IMG/VR virus record: IMGVR_UViG_3300027779_000022
Strand: one strand, 5' to 3'
DNA length: 64,000 nt
From: an uncultured virus (IMG/VR IMGVR_UViG_3300027779_000022)
Lineage: Duplodnaviria > Heunggongvirae > Uroviricota > Caudoviricetes
This document shows positions 39,101-46,665 of the stretch, piece after piece. The notes below the pieces were generated by a model. That model did not search any database. It was not told the origin of the DNA and was given only the letters and a program-made list of their open reading frames with translations. The translations under genes were made by a program, and so were the position numbers. Within the stretch, counting starts at the first letter, position 1, and every line of letters begins with the position of its first letter.

Positions 39101-39529
39101 AATCTGACCGAGCTTGGGATTGGTGGTTATTACGATGTTACGAAAGTGAGTCACACATTCGGGCCCGGAACATTTGATACTTCATTTACTGCGTATTGGA
39201 CGAATGGTATTGGAGAACAGGCAAAACCCCCGGGCGGTAATCCCAACAAAAAAGAAACTAGCAAATGTAAGTCGACCGTAGAGGCTCCAGAAACAGATAA
39301 CGATGGCTCAAGTAAATCGGGCGCTTCCACATCAGAAGATATTAATGCAGCAAGAAACATGGCGCTAGATAGTCCGAATCTGCTGCAGGATATCGGTGCA
39401 GCTATGGGGATTGACGTTGAGCTTACCCCCGAGCTGAGCCGGTTTGGGGCTCTGTTCGATTACTCGGCCGACAGCATAATGTCAAAAATATTTTCAACAG
39501 AGGGAGTCCCCAGCGCTAACACCGATTAA
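36188..39529 (+). CDS. large baseplate hub-like protein
   Basis: C-terminal PG...GGYYDVTKVSHTF..GTFDTSF typical of hub (gp27/Mu gp44-type) folds; synteny. Confidence 0.55.
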   Translation: MSGYQLREYDESEPMTSGELTLAINNFIGGVRDGWDNKSGDVAFEDDNGDPIAVGGILDWSDDFAGSQKYGAMVEKFEALSSGLEETEIRALYGTKTNSAEAGDVWVTKFLVDIQHIVDPEAAPAGTDLTAADIEEQVSEQPDQEAINTNARRSDAAALEKAEQAASGSAGSSTADSFSFKEQCFLTSKMVDIIKHKDKTISKYKKLPYVAGSPQTNDTVSNACILVHDDPFHFVNRLLVYPDTEAYFDMRSEEIANLQPEIRFFKTVFDEQAGENINTEIKFDTAFTGPNEVGSTGLPGSSDLISMLINKRKRAAGTGIKQFDISFIGTDPFAAKKDLRATLKIYTASMEELFKVRGSNGIPYRYIDLALKTVTTKGKGKTASSSVSKAADENSNMPRAGSTVDDVTRMDFAIKAKVGVRAPMKTVAGNTDLHSAISRNSVTVQMTPVTHEFNFQPNGSLEFVIHYVPFIADHFNTSTFDVLAGDIMNSEDLNHKINNKMLTAMCDDEAKEKEREMHISMRRELREKKLPYLIKRLHLKQQIHYLSIPPSVAKAFNASGPAADISEVFGTSKKKENNEEKKTEDEIKQEATLKKAADEAARIVIKTTAGTPVSIQENNIPYFYLGDIVDVAMENIETTLQPNEMTLAAIKKKHEAYALEKGAPTAARAFVEAGHLDEILGDYITKMKESHEAYKHYRVILGPLEIVDPKNPKKVIVASLGDVPISLRYFQEFLTHEILANDRTRLPLAAFLQKLIQKMLRNFLNNDTCFGGAVKHKARLNKTEAVCYNVSPDLDDITHRIKTARYNTIQLTKGKVDADDKIPVVDRLMASYYDQPILHPVGFGGEDLVNGKPSKTYNYLIFYASRTSAIRGYQGDRAEDSRRGVHHYSVGRDRGIIKNIKLNRDKRPMMKEARFEAEGFDGLQQLREVYNVDVDCYANFNVFPGAKIYVDGTGWVPTLDEDTLAAIGSFDNLTELGIGGYYDVTKVSHTFGPGTFDTSFTAYWTNGIGEQAKPPGGNPNKKETSKCKSTVEAPETDNDGSSKSGASTSEDINAARNMALDSPNLLQDIGAAMGIDVELTPELSRFGALFDYSADSIMSKIFSTEGVPSANTD

Positions 39530-39543
39530 GCGAGGATACAAAT

Positions 39544-40734
39544 ATGTCAAGATTTTACAGAAAAACTAACTTTGAATCAACAATAGACCTTTTTGAAAAA
39601 AAGCTAATCTACAACCTAAAAGCCAAAATGACAACAAGTCAGAAAAATTTGGTAAATTTCACTTTTGCTGAAAAGCAATTATACGGCAGAGTCGACAGGC
39701 TTTATCTGCCAATTGTCCCCAGCAACGTTGGGGCCGCATTAAAAGATATTCCAACCAGCGGCGATGATCGTGCCCGGGCCCTAAATTTTGTTGTAGATGC
39801 CTTTGAAGCTCTGGCGCTCCAGTTTCGAAAAAAGCTTCTTGTGAATGAAATATCGAAGAACGAAACGTACCTATCAGGTCTTGTAGCTCATAGCGCCTAC
39901 GTTCCACCGAACGCGGCGTACAATAGACATATTGCAATGTATTTCAGAGCGTTTGAAAGAGTAATAAGAGAAAATAAAATAAAATTTGTCAATTTCAACG
40001 ATTTCGCAATTAAAATAATGCCCTATATCCTACAGGCAGCAAAGAAAAAGCCATTCACGTACCCCGCTTTTGTTAAAAGCAAGTTTTGTCCTATGGAGTG
40101 CTCTGGTCTCGTCATAGATATATCGGATATTAAATTTCAAAATGATGAAAAGAAAATTGAGCATTTTTACGAAAGTAAAAACTGGGAATTCTACGTAAAT
40201 GCCTGCGCTAGCTATGGATTTATGATAGACAGGAACAACCCAAGCCGTATGGTGGCTGACATCGCTTCAGGGGACATGTTGAAATATGCGGAAAACTATG
40301 GCATTCTGTCGACAGATCAAATATTAAACGTAGCCTACAATAAGGCTCATTTTAAATATTTAGATACCTTTAGAGTGATTCTCTTTAAAATGTATGATAA
40401 GTTTAAACCGGTGCGGCTACATAGAAGCGCCGAGATCTCTTCGGGTCAAGTGAAAAATGTTGTCACGACTCCAATCAAATACACCATAGAAAACTTGAAA
40501 GAAGAATATAGTGAAGCGTATTTTTTAGACTTATACTGTCGAATTAGGTTTGCGGAAGAAGAATCACAGTTTGGAGAAGGGGAGGTCTATTCTTTGATAA
40601 ACAATACAATCGAAATGAGCTACAACAGCTTAACCAAGGCCCTAAACTCTTTTGAAATTATTATCAATAAAACGTTTGACTACAACGGCTCTCTGAGTTA
40701 TAATAAAAGGAAGGCAGACAAACTGAGGAAATAG
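39544..40734 (+). CDS. hypothetical protein
   Basis: 396 aa ORF with GAGGA SD. Confidence 0.7.
   Translation: MSRFYRKTNFESTIDLFEKKLIYNLKAKMTTSQKNLVNFTFAEKQLYGRVDRLYLPIVPSNVGAALKDIPTSGDDRARALNFVVDAFEALALQFRKKLLVNEISKNETYLSGLVAHSAYVPPNAAYNRHIAMYFRAFERVIRENKIKFVNFNDFAIKIMPYILQAAKKKPFTYPAFVKSKFCPMECSGLVIDISDIKFQNDEKKIEHFYESKNWEFYVNACASYGFMIDRNNPSRMVADIASGDMLKYAENYGILSTDQILNVAYNKAHFKYLDTFRVILFKMYDKFKPVRLHRSAEISSGQVKNVVTTPIKYTIENLKEEYSEAYFLDLYCRIRFAEEESQFGEGEVYSLINNTIEMSYNSLTKALNSFEIIINKTFDYNGSLSYNKRKADKLRK
40676..40704 (+). promoter_or_regulatory. sigma70-type promoter
   Basis: TTGACT-17-TATAAT inside the 3' end of the upstream gene. Confidence 0.75.
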
Positions 40735-41936
40735 TGTACTTTCAAGCGCTTGATGATAAAAGAGACTGTATCGGAATTTATACAGATGGCCATCTCATTT
40801 TTGATGATGATAAAATGCCAACAGACTTCAAAGATGCCAGAACGTGGAAATATTCTGGCTCTGTGGTTGATGACTCTATTAGTTATGGATGGTTCTTAGT
40901 GAACGGTAAAGCTCTAGAAGAGGTTTGTCCGGACCACTTAATGGAAGATCTAAACAAAAAGCAGCAGAAAATGCGGGCTTTTAGAAAAGCTTTTGAAATT
41001 GCTAAGATCGATTTTAGGGAACATTGCTTCTTTGATATTGTACCTCACGATTTTTTGGAGTCCTTTTTAGATTTGAAAAACAAGATAACTCAATACGTTT
41101 TTGAGAACTTTGAAAAACCTCCGACGTATAGCCATTTAGTAGAAGTTGAAAAATTGCTGTATAAGATTCGATACCAAAACTTGAATGTCAACAACAAAGA
41201 TTGCCGTTCTCTTTTTGTTAGTACAGGCACCCGCCACGCGGCAAAAAAGATTTTAAATGGACCAGCGTTCGTCGATTACAACATCTTCGGAACGAAAACT
41301 GGCCGCCTAACAACCCACCCGGGTTCATTCCCAATACTAACCATGAAGAAACAGCTCAGAGCACTTGTAAAGCCCGTGAACGACTGGTTTATATCCTTCG
41401 ATTATAATGGCGCTGAAGCGCGCACAGTCTTGGGTCTCTTAGGAATAAAACAACCCTCTTACGATGTTCACGAGTGGAACATCGATAACATGTTTAAAAA
41501 CATAGGTATTACTAGTCGCGACCGTGCAAAAACAGCATTTTTTGCTTGGTTGTATAACCCAAATTCAGATAAGATTAAAAACTCTATATATGATCGCGAC
41601 GCACTCCTTCAACAAAATTATGATGGAGATTTTGTAAAAACTATCTTCGGAAGAAAAATGTTTGTTGACAAAGAGAGAGCATTGAATTATCTTATTCAGA
41701 GCACAACTGCAGACCTTGTAAATGAGCGAGCAGTTACAATCGATCATTTCCTAGAAGATAAGAAGTCGTTTGTATCACACATAATTCATGACGAGTTGGT
41801 TATTGATATGCCAAACGATGAAAAATACCTGATCCCGGAATTAAAAGAAATGTTTTCACAAAATAAATTAGCAACGTTCAGAACCAACCTACAAGCTGGA
41901 AAAGATTACTATAATCTCGGAGAGCTTAATTTATGA
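40734..41936 (+). CDS. minimal family A DNA polymerase-like protein
   Basis: TKTGRL, motif A DYNGAEAR, motif B RDRAKTAFFAWLY, NYLIQST, motif C IHDEL. Confidence 0.8.
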   Translation: MYFQALDDKRDCIGIYTDGHLIFDDDKMPTDFKDARTWKYSGSVVDDSISYGWFLVNGKALEEVCPDHLMEDLNKKQQKMRAFRKAFEIAKIDFREHCFFDIVPHDFLESFLDLKNKITQYVFENFEKPPTYSHLVEVEKLLYKIRYQNLNVNNKDCRSLFVSTGTRHAAKKILNGPAFVDYNIFGTKTGRLTTHPGSFPILTMKKQLRALVKPVNDWFISFDYNGAEARTVLGLLGIKQPSYDVHEWNIDNMFKNIGITSRDRAKTAFFAWLYNPNSDKIKNSIYDRDALLQQNYDGDFVKTIFGRKMFVDKERALNYLIQSTTADLVNERAVTIDHFLEDKKSFVSHIIHDELVIDMPNDEKYLIPELKEMFSQNKLATFRTNLQAGKDYYNLGELNL

Positions 41937-42790
41937 TTTCGGTTATTGGGATAGGCAACGCGGCATCGGCGATAGTGGAGAAATTCAAAACTCAAAAGAA
42001 TTACAAAGTCTATCAGCTTGGTAGCGACCTGGAGAAGACAAACCACGTATACCCGCTGCTTACGCACAGTGAGCCAGAAAATTATGAGGCAAATATACCA
42101 AAATTGAAGAACTTCTTCAAGGGGATTACCAATGATGTGCAGGTATTCGTTGTTGGCGCCTCCTATAGTTCAAATTACACTTTGGGGATATTAGAGCAAA
42201 TTAAAGATAAGTCAATAGAGATATTCTATATTAAACCTGATACAGAGTTGCTTACAGGCATGCCCAAGCTAATGGAAAATGTCTTATATGGCGTCCTGCA
42301 GGAGTACGCGCGTTCTGGTCTCTTTAAAAATATCACTGTGTTTTCAAATCTTGAAATGGAGAAAAACATGTTAGATATTTCGATTAAGAATTATTATGAT
42401 TCACTCAACACTACTATTTTTTCCACAGTTCACTATCTAAACTTCTTCACTCACACAGAACCAGAAATTGGCCAGATGGCCCGGCCGGCGCCTGTAAACA
42501 GAATTCGCTCAATAGGGATCTTAGACATTGATAAAATTCAAGAAAAATGGCTTTTTGAGCTTGACACCCCCCGGGAGATATGTTATTATATATGTATAAA
42601 TGATGAAAGATTAGAACAAGAAATAGGACTACATAAACAAATTGTAGATAAGTTGAAACAAAAACCAAGGAACGCTTTTAAGAAGATCTCTTATGGTATT
42701 TGGGAAACTCATCTACATGACTTTGGGTTTTGCGTTGCCCACACTAACGTAATACAAAAACAAACTCTTGACAAGCTAGGACAAGAGTAA
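41933..42790 (+). CDS. degenerate tubulin/FtsZ-like protein
   Basis: N-terminal VIGIGNAASAIV resembles the FtsZ T1 loop; secondary-structure spacing fits; GGGTGSG signature absent. Confidence 0.5.
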   Translation: MISVIGIGNAASAIVEKFKTQKNYKVYQLGSDLEKTNHVYPLLTHSEPENYEANIPKLKNFFKGITNDVQVFVVGASYSSNYTLGILEQIKDKSIEIFYIKPDTELLTGMPKLMENVLYGVLQEYARSGLFKNITVFSNLEMEKNMLDISIKNYYDSLNTTIFSTVHYLNFFTHTEPEIGQMARPAPVNRIRSIGILDIDKIQEKWLFELDTPREICYYICINDERLEQEIGLHKQIVDKLKQKPRNAFKKISYGIWETHLHDFGFCVAHTNVIQKQTLDKLGQE

Positions 42791-42796
42791 TATATT
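42768..42796 (+). promoter_or_regulatory. sigma70-type promoter
   Basis: TTGACA-17-TATATT upstream of ssb. Confidence 0.75.
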
Positions 42797-42848
42797 AGAT
42801 ATCAAGGAACGCTTGGTATACTTTAGACATTAATTAAAAGGAGAAAAT

Positions 42849-43610
42849 ATGTCAATTAATATGGAACTAATGAGAAAGAAGCTCGCCCAACTTAAGGGTG
42901 ACGAATCGGAGGATTCAGTTTGGTTTCGCCCACAAGAGGGTGACACTGATATTAGAATCGTGCCAATGGGAGATGGAGATCCTCTAAAGGAAATGCATTT
43001 CCATTATAACATTGGAGAAAGAAAAGGCGGGATTATGTGCCCGAAGCGAAACTTCAGCGAACGCTGCGGAATTTGCGATTTTGCTTCCTCGCTGTGGAGA
43101 GAGGGAGTTGAGAAGAATGATGATGATAGCAAGAAGCTTGCCAAGTCTTTGTTCGTACGACAACGATATTTTTCACCCGTTGTTGTTCGTGGACAAGAAG
43201 AAGCTGGTATCAAATTTTACGGATACGGCAAGAAGGCGTATGAGCTTTTGCTGGGCTACATCTTGGATCCAGAATATGGAGACATTACGGATGCCCTTGA
43301 AGGGACAGATATCTCTCTTACGTATACCCCGCGTACACACGCTGGGACATTTCCACAAACAAATCTAAAAATGCGTCGTAGCACGTCTACGTTGCTGGAA
43401 GACACTGAGGCTATCCCTGCCCTCCTTGATCGTATGCCCGATTTTGATAGCCTCTTTGAGCGTCTGTCCCCCACAGACATCGATGCAATTCTTGACGAGC
43501 AACTTTCAGGTAACGCTAGCGCTGAAGAGCGTTCATCTGAGACAGGAAAATATAATGTTGATACCAAAAATCCGGTAGACAAGGCATTCGACGAACTTAT
43601 GGCTAAATAA
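42849..43610 (+). CDS. single-stranded DNA-binding protein (gp32-like)
   Basis: WFRP..G...IRIVP, HY...CP......CGIC Zn motif, DPEYGDITD..EG.D, acidic C-terminus. Confidence 0.85.
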   Translation: MSINMELMRKKLAQLKGDESEDSVWFRPQEGDTDIRIVPMGDGDPLKEMHFHYNIGERKGGIMCPKRNFSERCGICDFASSLWREGVEKNDDDSKKLAKSLFVRQRYFSPVVVRGQEEAGIKFYGYGKKAYELLLGYILDPEYGDITDALEGTDISLTYTPRTHAGTFPQTNLKMRRSTSTLLEDTEAIPALLDRMPDFDSLFERLSPTDIDAILDEQLSGNASAEERSSETGKYNVDTKNPVDKAFDELMAK

Positions 43611-43693
43611 GTAATAGATTTGTTTGATGCCGCTGGCAGACCGGTATTATAAATAGTCTGCCACAATTTTCTATAAACAAAAAGGAGAATGTT

Positions 43694-43939
43694 ATGGAAT
43701 GGTTAAAATCCTTATGGGCCCGCTGGAAGGTTCAAGTTAGCGTTGTTGGAGGCGTGCTTATTGTCGCAACCGCATATGGAACTTGTTCCGTTGACCCGGC
43801 TACTGTATCTGATAATAGCACAACAGAGACGATCCCGATTATCAATGAGATTGTTGAGGTTTCTGCTATCACAGAGACACCAGAGGCAACCACCACCGGT
43901 GACACAACTACTGAAACCACCGCAACTACAACTGAGTAG
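43694..43939 (+). CDS. small membrane-anchored protein with Thr-rich tail
   Basis: AAGGAG SD; hydrophobic VSVVGGVLIVATAYGTC then Thr/Glu-rich. Confidence 0.75.
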   Translation: MEWLKSLWARWKVQVSVVGGVLIVATAYGTCSVDPATVSDNSTTETIPIINEIVEVSAITETPEATTTGDTTTETTATTTE

Positions 43940-43998
43940 TAAACAAAGCCGCTGGCAGACCGGTAAAAAGTCTGCCGCCACTTTAAAGGAGTAACAAA

Positions 43999-44184
43999 AT
44001 GCAAGATGAAATCAATATGTTGGAAGACATGATCGAACTGTTAACTGCCACTCGAGCAGATTACAGTAAATTCTATAATGAAGGTAACGGCGCAGCCGGC
44101 ACCCGTTTGCGTAAGGTTATGCAGGAAGTCAAGACTTCTGCTCAAACTTTGCGTCTGCATGTACAAGAAACAAAGAACACTTAA
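43999..44184 (+). CDS. histone H1-like (Hc1-family) small protein
   Basis: KFYNEGNGAAGTRLRKVMQEVK resembles the Hc1 N-terminal domain; AAGGAG SD. Confidence 0.7.
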   Translation: MQDEINMLEDMIELLTATRADYSKFYNEGNGAAGTRLRKVMQEVKTSAQTLRLHVQETKNT

Positions 44185-44244
44185 ACCTGTTCTACAAACC
44201 CGCCGGCAGACCGGTAAAAAGTCTGCCATTATTAAGGAGAGAAT

Positions 44245-44352
44245 ATGAGACTCGTTCTACCAATCCTTGCCGTAACCCTATTAATGGCTTGCGGGGATAA
44301 GGATGAAGACACCGCGGCTGACACCGCTAGCTCTACTGATACAGCAGAGTGA
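44245..44352 (+). CDS. 35 aa lipoprotein (absent from ORF track)
   Basis: MRLVLPILAVTLLMAC GDKDEDTAADTASSTDTAE; AAGGAG SD; lipobox LMAC. Confidence 0.75.
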   Translation: MRLVLPILAVTLLMACGDKDEDTAADTASSTDTAE

Positions 44353-44411
44353 AAACAGCCGCTGGCAGACCGGTAAAAAGTCTGCCGCTATTTATGTCTT
44401 AAGGAGGGCAC

Positions 44412-45560
44412 ATGGCGAAGAAAACAACAGCTAAAGCCGGTCGAGTAGACCTGCAAAGCTTAATGAAAATAGTTAATAAAAAGGCCGGACAAAATGTGGC
44501 ACACAACTTGTCTGGCGATAACCCCACATCCGTTAAGGAGTGGATCCCGACCGGCTCCCGCTGGCTCGACTCCATCATCAGCAAAGGCAAGTTGACAGGA
44601 ATTCCAGTAGGCAAGATCACAGAGATCGCGGGATTAGAATCAACCGGTAAATCATATATGGCAGTACAAGTGGCCGCAAACGCCCAGAAAACAGGCAAGG
44701 TTGTTGTTTACTTCGATTCTGAGTCTGCCATCGACCCAGCCTTCTTGGAGCGAGCAGGGTGTGATCTAGACCAGTTGATGTATGTTCAAGCAACCTCTGT
44801 CGAGTTTGTTTTGGAAACCATTGAAGAACTGCTTGGAGCGACTGACGAACAAATAGTATTTATTTGGGACTCGTTAGCCTTCACTCCTTCTGTTTCAGAT
44901 GTTGAGGGAGACTTCAACCCACAATCTTCAATGGCGGTGAAGGCACGCATTCTCGCGAAGGGAATGTCAAAGCTTGTTATCCCGATTGCGGACAAACAAG
45001 CAACCTTAATTGTTCTTAACCAACTTAAGACCAATATCCCACAAGGCCCAAATGCAAGAATCGTTGCAATGACGACACCCTACACAACCCCAGGCGGCAA
45101 AGCGATGCATTATGCATACTCGCTTCGCATCTGGCTGACTGGACGTAAAGCTAAGGCTGCGTTCATTGAGGATGAGAAAGGGTTTCGCATTGGCTCCGAA
45201 GTCAAAATAAAACTTGAGAAGTCTCGCTTTGGAACACAAGGTCGTTCATGTGCCTTCCGCATTATGTGGGGTACTGATGATGTGGGTATCCGCGATGAAG
45301 AATCTTGGTTTGATGCCATCAAGGGATCCGAACATCTTTCCTCTGCCGGCGCTTGGTATACTCTGTCTACACCAGATGGTTACTCAAAGAAGTTCCAACC
45401 ATCAAAATGGACTGAGACTATAAAGAGCGACGAAGAATTTCGGAAAAGAATTATCCAGATTATGGATGAAGAGATTGTCCAGAAGTTTGATAAACGCGAA
45501 GGCGATGCCAGCGTTTTCTATGAAGATCCAGAGGATCTCACAGTTCCAGTAACTGACTAA
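44412..45560 (+). CDS. recA: RecA/UvsX recombinase
   Basis: GLESTGKS Walker A, FDSE, IVLNQL, TPGGKA, KSRF. Confidence 0.92.
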   Translation: MAKKTTAKAGRVDLQSLMKIVNKKAGQNVAHNLSGDNPTSVKEWIPTGSRWLDSIISKGKLTGIPVGKITEIAGLESTGKSYMAVQVAANAQKTGKVVVYFDSESAIDPAFLERAGCDLDQLMYVQATSVEFVLETIEELLGATDEQIVFIWDSLAFTPSVSDVEGDFNPQSSMAVKARILAKGMSKLVIPIADKQATLIVLNQLKTNIPQGPNARIVAMTTPYTTPGGKAMHYAYSLRIWLTGRKAKAAFIEDEKGFRIGSEVKIKLEKSRFGTQGRSCAFRIMWGTDDVGIRDEESWFDAIKGSEHLSSAGAWYTLSTPDGYSKKFQPSKWTETIKSDEEFRKRIIQIMDEEIVQKFDKREGDASVFYEDPEDLTVPVTD

Positions 45561-45567
45561 AAGGTAC

Positions 45568-45596
45568 TTGACTTTAGTGTCAAGACGTATTATAAT
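45568..45596 (+). promoter_or_regulatory. sigma70-type promoter
   Basis: TTGACT-17-TATAAT. Confidence 0.8.
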
Positions 45597-45619
45597 AAAA
45601 CCAGGGGTAGGTACAAAAT

Positions 45620-46585
45620 ATGAGTGAGAAGAAGAGAGTATTGGTTATCGATGCGTTGAATATGTTTATTCGCGCCTATATCGTTGATCCTTCGTTGTCC
45701 ACAAACGGACAACCGATCGGAGGTATCAAGGGCACCATTAAGATATTACAAACGTTAACAAGATTAACAAATCCTAATGAAATCGTCATTGTCTGGGATG
45801 GACCAAATGGTTCAATGAAGCGCCGAGCAATTGATAAAGGATATAAAGAGGGCCGCAAGCCGCTGCGTCTAAATCGAGCAGTACATAACTTAACCGATGA
45901 TGAAGTCATACACAATAAAATCTGGCAGCAGTCACGCGTTATTGAGTACTTCAATGAAATGCCGATAGTGCAAACAATGATTCCTGAGATTGAGGCAGAC
46001 GATGTTATATCGTATGTTACTCGGATGAGCTATTACGATGGTTGGGAGAAGGTCATTGCGTCTAACGATAGAGACTTTTTGCAACTTTGTGATGCAGAGA
46101 CAGTTGTATATAGACCCACCAGTGGTGATCTTATGAACAAGAAAAGAATCATAGAGGAAATCGGAATACATCCAAGAAACATGGCCCTTGCGAGAGCCAT
46201 TGCCGGAGACTCATCTGACAACCTGCCAGGCATTAAGGGAGCCGGCCTACCAACCGTAAAGAAACGACTTTCTTTTTTGGCTTCTGAAAAAGACTATACT
46301 ATCGACGAGGTCGTCGATTTTTGTGAAAATGCATCTACAAAATTGAAATTTTTTACAAATATAGTTGAGGGTAAAGAAGTTATTAAGCATAATTATAAGA
46401 TGATGCAGCTTTATTCACCCATGATGTCAATTCAATCTAAGAATTTCGTTAAAAATTCTGTTGAAAATTTTGAGTGTACGTTCAACCAGACGCATATAAT
46501 TGGCCTGATGCTAGAAGATGGCTTCGGGGAAATAAACTGGGAAGATCTCAAAGCGGTACTGAATAGAATAAAATTAGATTGTTAA
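45620..46585 (+). CDS. 5'-3' exonuclease / flap endonuclease (T4 RNase H-like)
   Basis: VIDALN, WDG, YKEGR, EADDVI, SNDRDFLQL, GDSSDNLPGIKGAG. Confidence 0.93.
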   Translation: MSEKKRVLVIDALNMFIRAYIVDPSLSTNGQPIGGIKGTIKILQTLTRLTNPNEIVIVWDGPNGSMKRRAIDKGYKEGRKPLRLNRAVHNLTDDEVIHNKIWQQSRVIEYFNEMPIVQTMIPEIEADDVISYVTRMSYYDGWEKVIASNDRDFLQLCDAETVVYRPTSGDLMNKKRIIEEIGIHPRNMALARAIAGDSSDNLPGIKGAGLPTVKKRLSFLASEKDYTIDEVVDFCENASTKLKFFTNIVEGKEVIKHNYKMMQLYSPMMSIQSKNFVKNSVENFECTFNQTHIIGLMLEDGFGEINWEDLKAVLNRIKLDC

Positions 46586-46616
46586 TTGACAATCATCAAG
46601 TTGGTAGCATAACAAC

Positions 46617-46644
46617 TTGACATCTAGAGAATAGATGTTATACT
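46617..46644 (+). promoter_or_regulatory. sigma70-type promoter
   Basis: TTGACA-16-TATACT with TG extension. Confidence 0.7.
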
Positions 46645-46665
46645 TATAAAACAAAGAGGCATAAG

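Larger units (their letters stand above)
43626..44386 (+). repeat. four dispersed copies of a ~30-nt pseudoknot-forming repeat
   Basis: GCCGCTGGCAGACCGGTAAAAAGTCTGCC consensus at 43629, 43948, 44199, 44358. Confidence 0.92.

Noticed and set aside
42667..42824. 12-nt repeat CAAGGAACGCTT in the tubulin-like gene and the ssb leader
   Set aside because: Only two copies, one within coding sequence; plausibly chance
43648..43655. TATAAATA as a T4-type late promoter on the + strand
   Set aside because: Single instance noticed; virion genes here use ACTA(T/C)TTA instead
43629..44386. CRISPR array interpretation of the four repeats
   Set aside because: Inter-repeat segments are 130-290 nt, unequal, and each contains an SD plus ORF; no cas genes in the window
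43629..44386. Repeats as intrinsic terminators
   Set aside because: No U-tract directly after the stems in copies 2-4, and no new promoters before the downstream genes
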